Positions 7,584-16,928 of a stretch of DNA of 39,718 nt are shown here, one piece after another. The DNA is taken from positions 1 to 39,718 of the IMG/VR virus record IMGVR_UViG_3300020044_001367. The stretch is one strand, 5' to 3'. Source of the stretch: a virus (taxonomy: Duplodnaviria > Caudoviricetes). Below the pieces are notes generated by a model, which worked only from the letters and a program-made list of their open reading frames with translations, made no database searches and was not told the origin of the DNA. Made by a program: the position numbers and the translations under genes. Position 1 is the stretch's first letter, and the number at the start of each line of letters is the position of its first letter.

Positions 7584-9970
7584 TCAAGGGCGCTCTTGAG
7601 GCAGACGGGCGCTTAGCGGCAAAGAACGCAGTCAAGATTAGAGCAGCGTTGTACCAGGTAACTGACTTTAAAAGAGTTTTTAATAAGTACCAGGAAACTC
7701 AACCGCAACCTACTGACAATCCTGCACAAGACCGCACACGCGCTCGCTCATGGCTCATACTTAACATTTATCTAAATGATGAACCGTTGCGTCAAGCCGT
7801 TACACGCGCATGGGCAGAGGCTTACCTTTTAGGGCAAGCCGCCGCTGGTGAGTGGATACGCAAAACCCGTGAAGCAAACAAGGCTGATGATATTGAGATC
7901 AATTGGGATAACTGGAAGCCTGGAGATAAAGCCACTGCTCTTTTACTTAACCCGCCTAAAGGCTTTCTTGATTATTTAACAAGCGTAAACGCAGATAGTT
8001 ATTTTAAAAAGTTTAATAAAGAAACTGTAATAAATTTAGGCACTGCTCTTTCTGACTCAATCGCCGCTGGCCTAGATGCTGAAAGCGCCGCTGTAATGAT
8101 TGGGCGGCATGTGGCAAGTCCTAGCCGCGCCCTAACAATTGCAATCACTGAGCAGAACCGCGCTATGTCATTTGGATCTATTCAGAATTACAAAGAGGCT
8201 GGCCTACAAAAAATGGAATGGGCGGTATCTGATCCATGTGATGTATGCGCTAAAAATGATGGTCAAGTAATTGTTATTGGTCAAACCTTTGCGTCAGGTG
8301 ATGCTCAACCCCCTGCTCACCCACATTGCCGTTGTGTGTTGCTACCTGTAATTCCTGGATATGAAGAAACACCTGATATGCCAGGCGTAACTATTGTTGA
8401 ACCACCTGCGCCCGCACCTGCTTTCTTAACCCCTAAAGAAGAAATTGCCCAAATTGTTACAGCATTACAAGAAGGTGGCTCGCGCAATGAAGCCTTAGAT
8501 GCGTATTTGGCATTAGATGAACGCAAATTTAAACCTGGTGAATGGCAAATTTTGCCGCGTGATGTTGTTAAAGAAGCCGCTATTGCCAACCTTATGCGCG
8601 CTTATGTAACCCCTATGTCTAGGGGAACAATTGAAAAAGCATTTTACGCTTCTAACACTATCAAAAAGGTAGATCGTGATTTTCTTGAAAAAGCAATTAT
8701 TTACAAAAACGGCCCAATTGAAGTTCAATTTTCTAGTACAGGTTTAACTTTGACTGAAGCAGAACGCAAAATGGTTGTTGATAAAGTTGCGCAATTACAA
8801 ATTACAAATCCCAAAACACGGGCCATTGTACATATTGCTAAAAATGACGCTACTAAATATGGTTGGGCTTACGGCGGTAAGTCAGATTTATGGGTTACAC
8901 CTAAAACTTTAAAAACTGAAAGAGATCTTAGTACCTATAAGATGCCTGTAAACCCCGCTATTACACAATTTGAATACACGCTGGCACATGAATGGGGTCA
9001 TCTTATTGATGACATTACAGACAGTATTCAATCTCCTAAACACAAAAATGCAATTGCTAGGCTTAAAGCAGAATACCCTGATGCGTTCAAGAGTAAATAC
9101 TCAGGTGAAAACACTAAAGAATTTTTTGCTGAAATGTTTACTGAGTATTACAACACAGGCGGGCAAACAAGTAATTTATTGGCTCAGGCTATGGCTAGAG
9201 AATTTGGCTGGAAAGTTCCTGAAGTGATTGGGCCTAAAATTGGTTATGTAGCGGCTAAGTACAAGGCTGATGTTTATTTGGCAGACATTGAAGCGGCAGA
9301 ACAAAAGTTACAAGGATTTATTCCAACAGTCAAAAGGGCTGATGGAACGGTTGTACCTGATTGGAAATTTGCCAGCGGCGGAAGTGCGCCTGAAAATATC
9401 CAATTAAGAAATTTAATGAAAGAACAAGGTTTTTTAGGCAAGCCACGCATTGTTGATCCTGTTGAATTTAAAAAAATGGTTGATCAAGGGGCTACGCCTA
9501 TTTACAGAGGCTTAGGCGCTGAAACACAAGAAAATGTAAATGAATATGTTGCGCGATTACTTACGGGTGATGAACCTTATATTGGGCGCGGTTTCTTTGG
9601 TGATGGTACTTATTTTGCTTCAGACCGCGGAATTGCTGAAAGATTTGCGGCTCAAGATGTTACGGGAGAAATCAATTTCAAATTTGGTGAAGTTCTTGAA
9701 GGCGTATTAGACCCACAAGCCAAAGTAATTGATATTGAAGATTTATGGAAATTGCGTAATCAATATGTAGAAAGCATGCCTTACCACGGTTCATTGGCTC
9801 AAGCCTATGAAGATGATATTGGACTTTTTGCTACTACCCAGGGTTATGACGCAATCATCAATAAAAATCCCATGATCGGATACACCCCCGAAGGTCAAAG
9901 GCGTTACGCCCCTGGCGCGTATTACACAATTTTAAACCGCACCGCTTTAATTATGAAAGGTACACCATGA
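7580..9970 (+). CDS. MuF (Mu gpF / SPP1 gp7-like) minor head protein with C-terminal metallopeptidase and ADP-ribosyltransferase-like domains
   Basis: MuF motif CDVC...PPAHPHCRC directly after portal; Pro-rich linker; LAHEWGH...EFFAE zincin motif; IYRG...GDGTYFAS...GYDAI ART-like motifs. Confidence 0.8.
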   Translation: MIKGALEADGRLAAKNAVKIRAALYQVTDFKRVFNKYQETQPQPTDNPAQDRTRARSWLILNIYLNDEPLRQAVTRAWAEAYLLGQAAAGEWIRKTREANKADDIEINWDNWKPGDKATALLLNPPKGFLDYLTSVNADSYFKKFNKETVINLGTALSDSIAAGLDAESAAVMIGRHVASPSRALTIAITEQNRAMSFGSIQNYKEAGLQKMEWAVSDPCDVCAKNDGQVIVIGQTFASGDAQPPAHPHCRCVLLPVIPGYEETPDMPGVTIVEPPAPAPAFLTPKEEIAQIVTALQEGGSRNEALDAYLALDERKFKPGEWQILPRDVVKEAAIANLMRAYVTPMSRGTIEKAFYASNTIKKVDRDFLEKAIIYKNGPIEVQFSSTGLTLTEAERKMVVDKVAQLQITNPKTRAIVHIAKNDATKYGWAYGGKSDLWVTPKTLKTERDLSTYKMPVNPAITQFEYTLAHEWGHLIDDITDSIQSPKHKNAIARLKAEYPDAFKSKYSGENTKEFFAEMFTEYYNTGGQTSNLLAQAMAREFGWKVPEVIGPKIGYVAAKYKADVYLADIEAAEQKLQGFIPTVKRADGTVVPDWKFASGGSAPENIQLRNLMKEQGFLGKPRIVDPVEFKKMVDQGATPIYRGLGAETQENVNEYVARLLTGDEPYIGRGFFGDGTYFASDRGIAERFAAQDVTGEINFKFGEVLEGVLDPQAKVIDIEDLWKLRNQYVESMPYHGSLAQAYEDDIGLFATTQGYDAIINKNPMIGYTPEGQRRYAPGAYYTILNRTALIMKGTP

Positions 9971-10182
9971 AAAAAGAAACAGCCGTACTGGATCGTAAAT
10001 TGGCTTATTTACAAGGGGCGTTAAATTATGAGAACAAACAAGTGCTTTTTGAGGCGGTGAATGGTGTTGAGTCCATAGATGAATTACCTGAGCCATACCG
10101 CAAATGGATCAATGATTTAGATGCAATTCCAACAAGCAAATTGTCTTACGGGGCAAAACAAGAAAGAAAGGCAAAGGTGTAA
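9967..10182 (+). CDS. Small protein downstream of MuF (candidate immunity protein)
   Basis: 71 aa, ATGA overlap with the MuF stop. The immunity role is an inference from position. Confidence 0.5.
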   Translation: MKKETAVLDRKLAYLQGALNYENKQVLFEAVNGVESIDELPEPYRKWINDLDAIPTSKLSYGAKQERKAKV

Positions 10183-10185
10183 CTA

Positions 10186-10362
10186 ATGAAAGATGAAAGT
10201 TGTACTCCCCCTAGATATGATGACTGGTCACAGGTTGCAATCCTTGAAGTAGTGTTGAGTGCTGAAGAAGGCATACCTGGCGCTAAAGCAGAATTACAGC
10301 GTAGAGAAAAGGAAGTTGATACAGTTAGCGATAAGGCATTACCCGTAGAAACAGAGGATTAG
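10186..10362 (+). CDS. Small acidic hypothetical protein (58 aa, not in ORF track)
   Basis: MKDESCTPPRYDDWSQVAILEVVLSAEEGIPGAKAELQRREKEVDTVSDKALPVETED*; fills the gap exactly between 10182 and 10364. Confidence 0.6.
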   Translation: MKDESCTPPRYDDWSQVAILEVVLSAEEGIPGAKAELQRREKEVDTVSDKALPVETED

Positions 10363-10363
10363 C

Positions 10364-11782
10364 ATGGCTACTTTAACAACCACTTCATACTTCAGTATTG
10401 AGAAGGCTGACCGTAACGCTGACGGAACAATGACCGTTTACGGTAAGGCAACAGATGACTCAATTGACATTGATCAACAGATTTGTGATGGTGATTGGTT
10501 AAAGCGCGCTATGCCAGCCTGGTTTAAATCAGGTGGAAACATTAGAGAACAACACAGCAACATTGCCGCGGGCGTAGCAAAAGAGTATGAGGCTAAGGCT
10601 GATGGTCATTACATTGGTGTTCTAGTTGTAGATCCCGTAAGCGTCAAGAAAGTTGATGCTGGCGTACTCAAAGGTTTTTCTGTTGGTATCAAAAACCCAC
10701 GGGTTGTGCGCGACAGCAAAGCGGTCAATGGTCGCATTGTAGATGGTCAGATTGTAGAAGTTTCTCTAGTGGACAGACCCGCCAACCCTAACTGCCAACT
10801 TGTTTTGGCTAAGTCAGTTGATGGCGAAAAAGACTTAGTTCAAGTTGAAGAATTACATGAAAAAGAAGTATCAGAAAATGATAATCCAATACAATCTGAC
10901 AATAACTCTGAGAAAGAAAGTGATGCAATGGACACATCAACAGTTTCAGTTCCTAAGTCTATTGTAGGCGATCTTGTTAAATTTGATAAGGCTCAGTTTG
11001 AAGCGGCGCGTGAAGCGTTGGCTAACCTTATTTCAATTGAAGCGCAAGAAATGAAGGAAGGTCACAATGAACTTTCTTCTCTTGCACACCTACTAGAAGC
11101 AGTTGCTCACCTTCACGCATGGTATGAAGGCGAAGAAGCAGAGGGAGAAGTAATGGAAGAAACAGAAATTGAGTTGGCGGCTGACGCAGAAAAGATGTGC
11201 GATAAGTGCGACAAGTCTATGAAGGAATGTATGTGTGAAAAATCTGCCGCGGCAGAAGATATGACACCGACAGCGGAAACAGGTGCAAACCTAGATACGG
11301 CAACAATTGTATCTCCTGCTGAAACACCTAAGTCAGCAGAAGTAAGCGGCCTAGAAGTAGCAGACATTGACGCTGATGAAGCACCTGCCGCTGAAGAAGC
11401 ACCCGCTGATGAAGAAGAAAAAGAAGTTTCTACTGATGAAAATTCAGCAGATAAGTTAGAAGCCATAGTAGAAGAAGTGGTAGAAAAAGCAACAAAGGCT
11501 CTCAAATCAGAGATTGCCAACCTTGTATCCGCAAAAGAGGCGGCTGAGGTTAGAGCAATGAGTTTGGAAACTGAGTTGGCAACCGCAAAATCTTTGGCTC
11601 TAGGTGGTGGCCCAAAGCGAACAGTAAGCCCAATTGATGTGAAAGCAACAAATGACTTACTAACTAAGGCCGCTGTTTACAAAGAAAAAGCAAAAGCAAC
11701 AAATGATCCAACACTTGCTAAGGGATACAAACAACTTGCACAAGAATTTATTGACAAGTATGAAGAAACACTTAACAAGTAA
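10364..11782 (+). CDS. Prohead maturation protease fused to scaffolding domain
   Basis: IREQH, KGFSVG and EVSLVDRPANP (HK97-type protease motifs), followed by a long acidic coiled-coil region. Confidence 0.85.
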   Translation: MATLTTTSYFSIEKADRNADGTMTVYGKATDDSIDIDQQICDGDWLKRAMPAWFKSGGNIREQHSNIAAGVAKEYEAKADGHYIGVLVVDPVSVKKVDAGVLKGFSVGIKNPRVVRDSKAVNGRIVDGQIVEVSLVDRPANPNCQLVLAKSVDGEKDLVQVEELHEKEVSENDNPIQSDNNSEKESDAMDTSTVSVPKSIVGDLVKFDKAQFEAAREALANLISIEAQEMKEGHNELSSLAHLLEAVAHLHAWYEGEEAEGEVMEETEIELAADAEKMCDKCDKSMKECMCEKSAAAEDMTPTAETGANLDTATIVSPAETPKSAEVSGLEVADIDADEAPAAEEAPADEEEKEVSTDENSADKLEAIVEEVVEKATKALKSEIANLVSAKEAAEVRAMSLETELATAKSLALGGGPKRTVSPIDVKATNDLLTKAAVYKEKAKATNDPTLAKGYKQLAQEFIDKYEETLNK

Positions 11783-11819
11783 CTAACCAAACTCAACTAA
11801 TCTCTGAAAGGAAATACAA

Positions 11820-13505
11820 ATGGCGCTAAACGCCCCAAAAGTTGCTGATTTATTCAGTGACGCGACTCCTAGAGAAGCCGCAGAACGCTTTGAGGAATAC
11901 TCAAGCGAACTCAGCAAGAGCCTATCTAACGCTTCTCATGTTCCAGGACAAGCACCAACAGCAGATCCAATTGCAACACTAGAAGCATTGGTTGCAAACA
12001 AGTCACTTACAGGTGACGCGGCGGCAGGACTTAACACTGCTCTTGCGGCACAACGCATGGCTATGCAGGACATTGGTAAAGAGATCACTCTTACTTCTCC
12101 ATTGTCATCTTCATTCGCCGCGTTTGACCTTGAAGCACCTTCTAAGTTGCTTACACCACGCCCAACACCACTCCGTAACCGTATCCCACGCAAAAAAGGC
12201 GTTGGTACTTCACACCGCGTAAAGCGCGTTCTAGGTTACACAGGTACAGGTACAGGTGGACAAGGACAGATCTGGCCTGGTATCTCAGAAAGCACACAGA
12301 ATAACTTTGCAGGTGGCGGCTCTACTCCACTTGAGTTAATCCGTGGCCCACAGATTTCATACACAGCAGATGACTTAATTCTGCCTTACAACTCTTACTC
12401 ACTATCTGATCAGGTTTCATTTGATGCAAACTTCTCAGGTATGGGTTACCAGGATCTACGCCAACTTTCATCAACTTCAACTCTATACGCAACAATGCTT
12501 ATGGAAGAACGCATGATGCTAATGGCTCGCGGAACAGCATCAGGGTACTCAGGTACTCTTGCCGCTCCAACATTCGCACTTACATCACCAGTAGCAACAG
12601 CAACACAAACTGCATTAGCCGCAACTACATATTATGTAAATGTGACTACTGATGCAGGTATTTCTGCTAACGGTTTTGGTGAGTCAATTCTAGGTACAGA
12701 AGCATCAACAGCAGTTGCATCAGGTGATGTTCTTGCTATTACTGTTTCAACACCTGTTGTTGGCGCTCTTGGCTACAACATTTATGTTGGTACAACCACA
12801 GGTGCGGCTAACCTTACATACCAGGGAACACTTAAGGGAACAGGTACATTCTTTGTACAAGGCGCTCTTGCAAGTGGCTTAACTGGTAACAATGCTCCAT
12901 ACTCAACAACTGGTGCGGCGGCTACACGCGCAACATCTAACACATCTGCTTACGCAACTGGTTATGACGGAATTCTTCCAACAGTTCTAGGCCCAAATAC
13001 AGGTTACAACAACGCAATCAACAGCACTTTCTCAACTGCTAATCCAGGTGTGGAATTCCAAACTGTTTTTGCTAACTTGTACCAGAATGTAAAGGCTGAT
13101 CCAGACATTGTTCTAATGAATGGTAATGACCGTAAGCAACTATCTGACGCAATCAAGAATGGTTCAACTGCTAACTATCGCCTAGTTATTAACAACCCAG
13201 GCGAAAGCGGCACAACATACGGTTCTATTGTTACTGGACTTCAGAATGAAGTTACAGGTAAGGCAGTAGATCTTATGGTTCACCCTTGGCTAAACTCAGG
13301 TGTTGCTCCTGTTCTTTCATGGACACTACCAATTCCTGACACACAGGTATCAGATGTTTGGGCGAACTTCCTAGTTCAGGACTACATGGGTATCCAGTGG
13401 CCTGTAACTCAGTTCACCTATGACTTCTCAACATACTTCCGTGGAACATTCTTCTGTACTGCTCCAGCATGGAACGGTGCAGTTTCAGGAATTGTTTCTG
13501 CTTAG
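11820..13505 (+). CDS. Major capsid protein with an internal Ig/FN3-like insertion
   Basis: Follows the protease/scaffold gene; strong RBS (GAAAGGA) and biased codons; FDLEAPSK...TPLRNRIPR; followed by a terminator. Confidence 0.85.
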   Translation: MALNAPKVADLFSDATPREAAERFEEYSSELSKSLSNASHVPGQAPTADPIATLEALVANKSLTGDAAAGLNTALAAQRMAMQDIGKEITLTSPLSSSFAAFDLEAPSKLLTPRPTPLRNRIPRKKGVGTSHRVKRVLGYTGTGTGGQGQIWPGISESTQNNFAGGGSTPLELIRGPQISYTADDLILPYNSYSLSDQVSFDANFSGMGYQDLRQLSSTSTLYATMLMEERMMLMARGTASGYSGTLAAPTFALTSPVATATQTALAATTYYVNVTTDAGISANGFGESILGTEASTAVASGDVLAITVSTPVVGALGYNIYVGTTTGAANLTYQGTLKGTGTFFVQGALASGLTGNNAPYSTTGAAATRATSNTSAYATGYDGILPTVLGPNTGYNNAINSTFSTANPGVEFQTVFANLYQNVKADPDIVLMNGNDRKQLSDAIKNGSTANYRLVINNPGESGTTYGSIVTGLQNEVTGKAVDLMVHPWLNSGVAPVLSWTLPIPDTQVSDVWANFLVQDYMGIQWPVTQFTYDFSTYFRGTFFCTAPAWNGAVSGIVSA

Positions 13506-13525
13506 TAATTAAATAAATAGACGGG

Positions 13526-13563
13526 AGGGGCGCGGCACATTTGAAAAGCCGCGCCCCTTTTTT
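13526..13563 (+). terminator. Rho-independent terminator after major capsid gene
   Basis: AGGGGCGCGGC / 11-nt loop / GCCGCGCCCCT followed by a T run. Confidence 0.85.
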
Positions 13564-13583
13564 AATTAAATAGGAGGCAAAAA

Positions 13584-13859
13584 ATGGCAAGATGGGTAGC
13601 ACCTGATAAAGGCGTAAAAGAAACTGTTGTAGGCGGGCAAAGTTATTACACAGATCGTCAAGGAATTTACACTGTTGAAAACGCGGCTCACGCTAGAGCA
13701 ATGAAAGCGGAAGGTTTTTTTGAGGCGGCTTTAAATCCTTATAGCAGTAAAGACAACGAGCGCGGCTTTACTTGCGTAGAATGTGGCTTTGGTAGTTGGT
13801 TCAGAAAATGTTCGCGTTGCGGGCATGAGAACGGCACTCCTGAGCGAGATGGAGAATAA
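13584..13859 (+). CDS. Small zinc-ribbon protein
   Basis: CVECG...CSRCG; AGGAGG RBS. Confidence 0.7.
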   Translation: MARWVAPDKGVKETVVGGQSYYTDRQGIYTVENAAHARAMKAEGFFEAALNPYSSKDNERGFTCVECGFGSWFRKCSRCGHENGTPERDGE

Positions 13860-13861
13860 CA

Positions 13862-14755
13862 ATGGCAATTGGCATTACGCCCGACATAGGCAATGAAAGC
13901 AGTTATTTAAGTGTTGCTGAATACAAGCAAGCACCAACCGCTTTAAGCCTTAGCACACTTGTAACGGGTGGCAATCAAGCGGCGCAAGATGCTGAATTGG
14001 AAACTGTTATTTTACGCGCTTCTTCATACATGAATGAATACCTTAATCAAAATCTTGTGGCAACTGAGTACACAGAAACGCAACGCATACGCTATTCAGC
14101 ATCAGGCGGTTACTATGCTTTGCACCCATACAATGCACCAATTATTTCTCTTTCAGCGTTTTACTATGGAGCAAATCCAAATCAATTAAATGAATTACAA
14201 GATTGCTCAATAGCCTGGTTTGAAGGCCAACAAATTATTATTCCTGGCAATCAAATTGGTTGGAATTACACTTCACAAGGCCCATTGCAATTTGGCGGTT
14301 CTATTGGTCAAAGCAATTGGACATTTACAAAATACACATACATTGCAGGTTATGCCAATACAATCAACACGGCTAACACAGCCGTAGGTGCAACTTCAAT
14401 TGTAGTTCAAGATGCGGCGGGTATTCTGCCAGGCGAGCAATATCGCATTTTTGATGGCGCTAATACTGAGCGCGTAACAGTAAGCGATAACTACACATTT
14501 GGAAGCACTACCGTAACCTTGCAATCTCCTATGTTGTATGCGCATTTAACGGGAGCAACATTTAGCAATTTGCCTAACGCAATAAAGCAAGCCTGTATTT
14601 TAATTACAAGCGCTTTTATTAAAATGCGTGGCGATAGTTCAACAACTATGGCTTACACAACTAGCCCTTCAGGTAATGTTGCTGGTTCTGTACGCTACGG
14701 AAATGACATTGCAGTAGCCCTAGACATGGTGAACAAGTACCGTAGGGTCAGATAA
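13862..14755 (+). CDS. Head-tail adaptor (gp6/gp15-like) with inserted beta domain
   Basis: YLSVAEYK...ILRASSYMNEYL and YTYIAGY...LPNAIKQACIL adaptor pattern; position after the capsid gene. Confidence 0.7.
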   Translation: MAIGITPDIGNESSYLSVAEYKQAPTALSLSTLVTGGNQAAQDAELETVILRASSYMNEYLNQNLVATEYTETQRIRYSASGGYYALHPYNAPIISLSAFYYGANPNQLNELQDCSIAWFEGQQIIIPGNQIGWNYTSQGPLQFGGSIGQSNWTFTKYTYIAGYANTINTANTAVGATSIVVQDAAGILPGEQYRIFDGANTERVTVSDNYTFGSTTVTLQSPMLYAHLTGATFSNLPNAIKQACILITSAFIKMRGDSSTTMAYTTSPSGNVAGSVRYGNDIAVALDMVNKYRRVR

Positions 14756-15261
14756 TGACTTCAACGCCACTTCTTACAGGCCGCGCCGCTGTACGCGATA
14801 CGCTTTCACGCTTTATTTTTAACCCTCCTGTTCAAAATCTTAATCAGGTATTTACTTCATTTCCTAAAATAATTAATTATGAAGTAAATGCTCAACCTGG
14901 TCAGATGACTAGAACAGCGGCAGTTGTTTACATTGCTGATGAATATGAAACCCGTTTAGCAATTGGTGGCGCGCATAGCGGTTGGAAGCGTATTGATTAC
15001 ACCGTAATTGTTCAGATCTTTTGCGTTTCATTTCACCGCAATTCTGAATACGCAATGGCTGATTTTGATGCGGTTGTTGATTGCATAAAAGAGCGCTTGC
15101 GTTCTGATCATAACTTTGGAGATCCAACAGGCAATCTTGTTTGGCAAGGCGCTGAACCAGTTATACAAGCCCGTTATGGTGAACCTAGTTCAGAAAAAGA
15201 TGGAGTCACAGAAATCTTTGCTGAGATACAATTTCCCGTAACACAAATGATCCAGGCATAA
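14755..15261 (+). CDS. Putative tail terminator / head-tail joining protein
   Basis: 168 aa alpha/beta protein just upstream of the tail tube gene; synteny only. Confidence 0.5.
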   Translation: MTSTPLLTGRAAVRDTLSRFIFNPPVQNLNQVFTSFPKIINYEVNAQPGQMTRTAAVVYIADEYETRLAIGGAHSGWKRIDYTVIVQIFCVSFHRNSEYAMADFDAVVDCIKERLRSDHNFGDPTGNLVWQGAEPVIQARYGEPSSEKDGVTEIFAEIQFPVTQMIQA

Positions 15262-15266
15262 GGAGC

Positions 15267-15479
15267 ATGATGAAATACAAATACAATGGAACAGATGAAC
15301 GCGTGTTCCCTAGCATTGGAACAACTGTAAAACCTGGTGATGAGTTTGACGCACCTGAAGGTTTTGTTGCAGCAAATGTAACACTTGCTAGTGCAAAGCC
15401 TTCATTGACAGAACCAACAGAACCAAAAGAAAAAATAACCATGTCTGCCGCGCCAGACCATAAATTAGGAGATGAATAA
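15267..15479 (+). CDS. Small virion-associated hypothetical protein
   Basis: 70 aa, VKPGDEFDAP motif, AGGAG RBS, coupled to the tail tube gene. Confidence 0.55.
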   Translation: MMKYKYNGTDERVFPSIGTTVKPGDEFDAPEGFVAANVTLASAKPSLTEPTEPKEKITMSAAPDHKLGDE

Positions 15480-16465
15480 TGTCTGTACAGCAATCCGTTC
15501 GCTCGTACTTAGGTATTGCTAAAGAGGCAACCCGCGGTACGGCAGTAGCACCAACCGATTTCATTCCAGTAATGAAAGACGCTCTCAAGCCAGTGGACAT
15601 TGTTGATCCACTTTATGACACAGGTTTGCGTGGCTCAAATGTATTGAATTACAACTACATTCCAGGCCGCACCCGTTCAACAGTAGATTTTGGTGGAGCA
15701 GTATTTGCTGACACAGTAGGTTATGGAATTGCTGGCCTTCTAGGTTCAGTAGCAACTACTGGCGCTTCAGCACCATTTACCCATGAAATTACATTGTTTA
15801 ACAGTCTTGCATCAGGTGGAGATGTTCAACCAATTTCTTACACATTGACTGATTTCTATGCCGTAGATGTACGCTCATATCCTGGTTGCCAGTTCTCTGA
15901 CTTCTCGCTGAAGTTTAATGCAGACGGCATGCTTGAGTATGATGCAAAAAGCACTGGTTGGTTATCTGAAACTGTTTCAGATCCAACACCTACATTTTCA
16001 ACAATTCTTCCTACACCTGTGTGGCGCGGTACTGTTTCAATTGGCGGTTCTGCTGTATCAACAGCCATGACTGGCAACATTGATATGAAACGCCCTGCAA
16101 CACCTATCTATGGCATTTCAAACACACAAGATCCATACCAGGTATTTTTAGGGCCATTAGAAGTAACAGGCAAAATCACATTTGTCATGGAAGATGACAG
16201 TGAATTGCTTAACTTCCTCAACAACACACAACCTGCACTTGTGTTCAATTGGGCTTACGGTTCAGGAGCAGCAGAAGTTCAGATTCAAGCAACTCTTACC
16301 AAAGGCGCTTACACCACTGGTGTTATTGAACGCGGTGAAGATTTTGTACAAGTATCTGTTGATTTCAATGCTCAATCAAATACTACTGATGATGGCGCTT
16401 CAGGCGGATTTTCCCCTATCAAATGGGTACTTAAGAACGCAAAGCCATCAGGCACATACGCATAA
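15479..16465 (+). CDS. Major tail tube protein
   Basis: YLGIAKE.T.GTAVAP N-terminus, SYTL, YPGC and EVTGKIT motifs; precedes tail chaperone and tape measure genes. Confidence 0.85.
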   Translation: MSVQQSVRSYLGIAKEATRGTAVAPTDFIPVMKDALKPVDIVDPLYDTGLRGSNVLNYNYIPGRTRSTVDFGGAVFADTVGYGIAGLLGSVATTGASAPFTHEITLFNSLASGGDVQPISYTLTDFYAVDVRSYPGCQFSDFSLKFNADGMLEYDAKSTGWLSETVSDPTPTFSTILPTPVWRGTVSIGGSAVSTAMTGNIDMKRPATPIYGISNTQDPYQVFLGPLEVTGKITFVMEDDSELLNFLNNTQPALVFNWAYGSGAAEVQIQATLTKGAYTTGVIERGEDFVQVSVDFNAQSNTTDDGASGGFSPIKWVLKNAKPSGTYA

Positions 16466-16473
16466 ACTAGATC

Positions 16474-16534
16474 AGGGCGGCGGCGTGGTTGAGGGCGATT
16501 GCCTTCCCGCTCTCCCGCGCCGCTTGCTCTTTTT
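16474..16534 (+). terminator. Long hairpin/terminator after tail tube gene
   Basis: 16474-16488 pairs with 16515-16530; inner stem 16491-16497/16508-16514; followed by a T run. Confidence 0.7.
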
Positions 16535-16571
16535 AGGTATGATTTAGGAAGGCAAACTAACAGGAGGCAAC

Positions 16572-16928
16572 ATGTCAAGAGAAGTAAAACTGCCATCAGG
16601 GGCAACAGTCACATTAAAAGATCCAGCAACTTTACGCGTTAAAGATCGCAAAAATGTTATGCGTAGCGCTGACAATGCCGTTGGTGGAGATCTTACAAAG
16701 GCACTTGCATTAGGTGATGCACTTATTGCAATGCTTGTTGAGTCATGGTCATTTGATTTGATCCCGCCATCAATTAAACTTGAGTCATTAGATGAATTAA
16801 CAATGACTGATTATGACGCTTTAGTTGAGCATACAAAAGATGCTCAGAGTTATCTGTTTCCTAACCTGGCTAAAACGCCTGAAACAGAGGCAGACCCAAA
16901 AGCGCTTGGCGAGATCTTCAACGCCTAA
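16572..16928 (+). CDS. Tail assembly chaperone (G-type)
   Basis: 118 aa after the tail tube gene, AGGAGG RBS, slippery site near its 3' end. Confidence 0.8.
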   Translation: MSREVKLPSGATVTLKDPATLRVKDRKNVMRSADNAVGGDLTKALALGDALIAMLVESWSFDLIPPSIKLESLDELTMTDYDALVEHTKDAQSYLFPNLAKTPETEADPKALGEIFNA

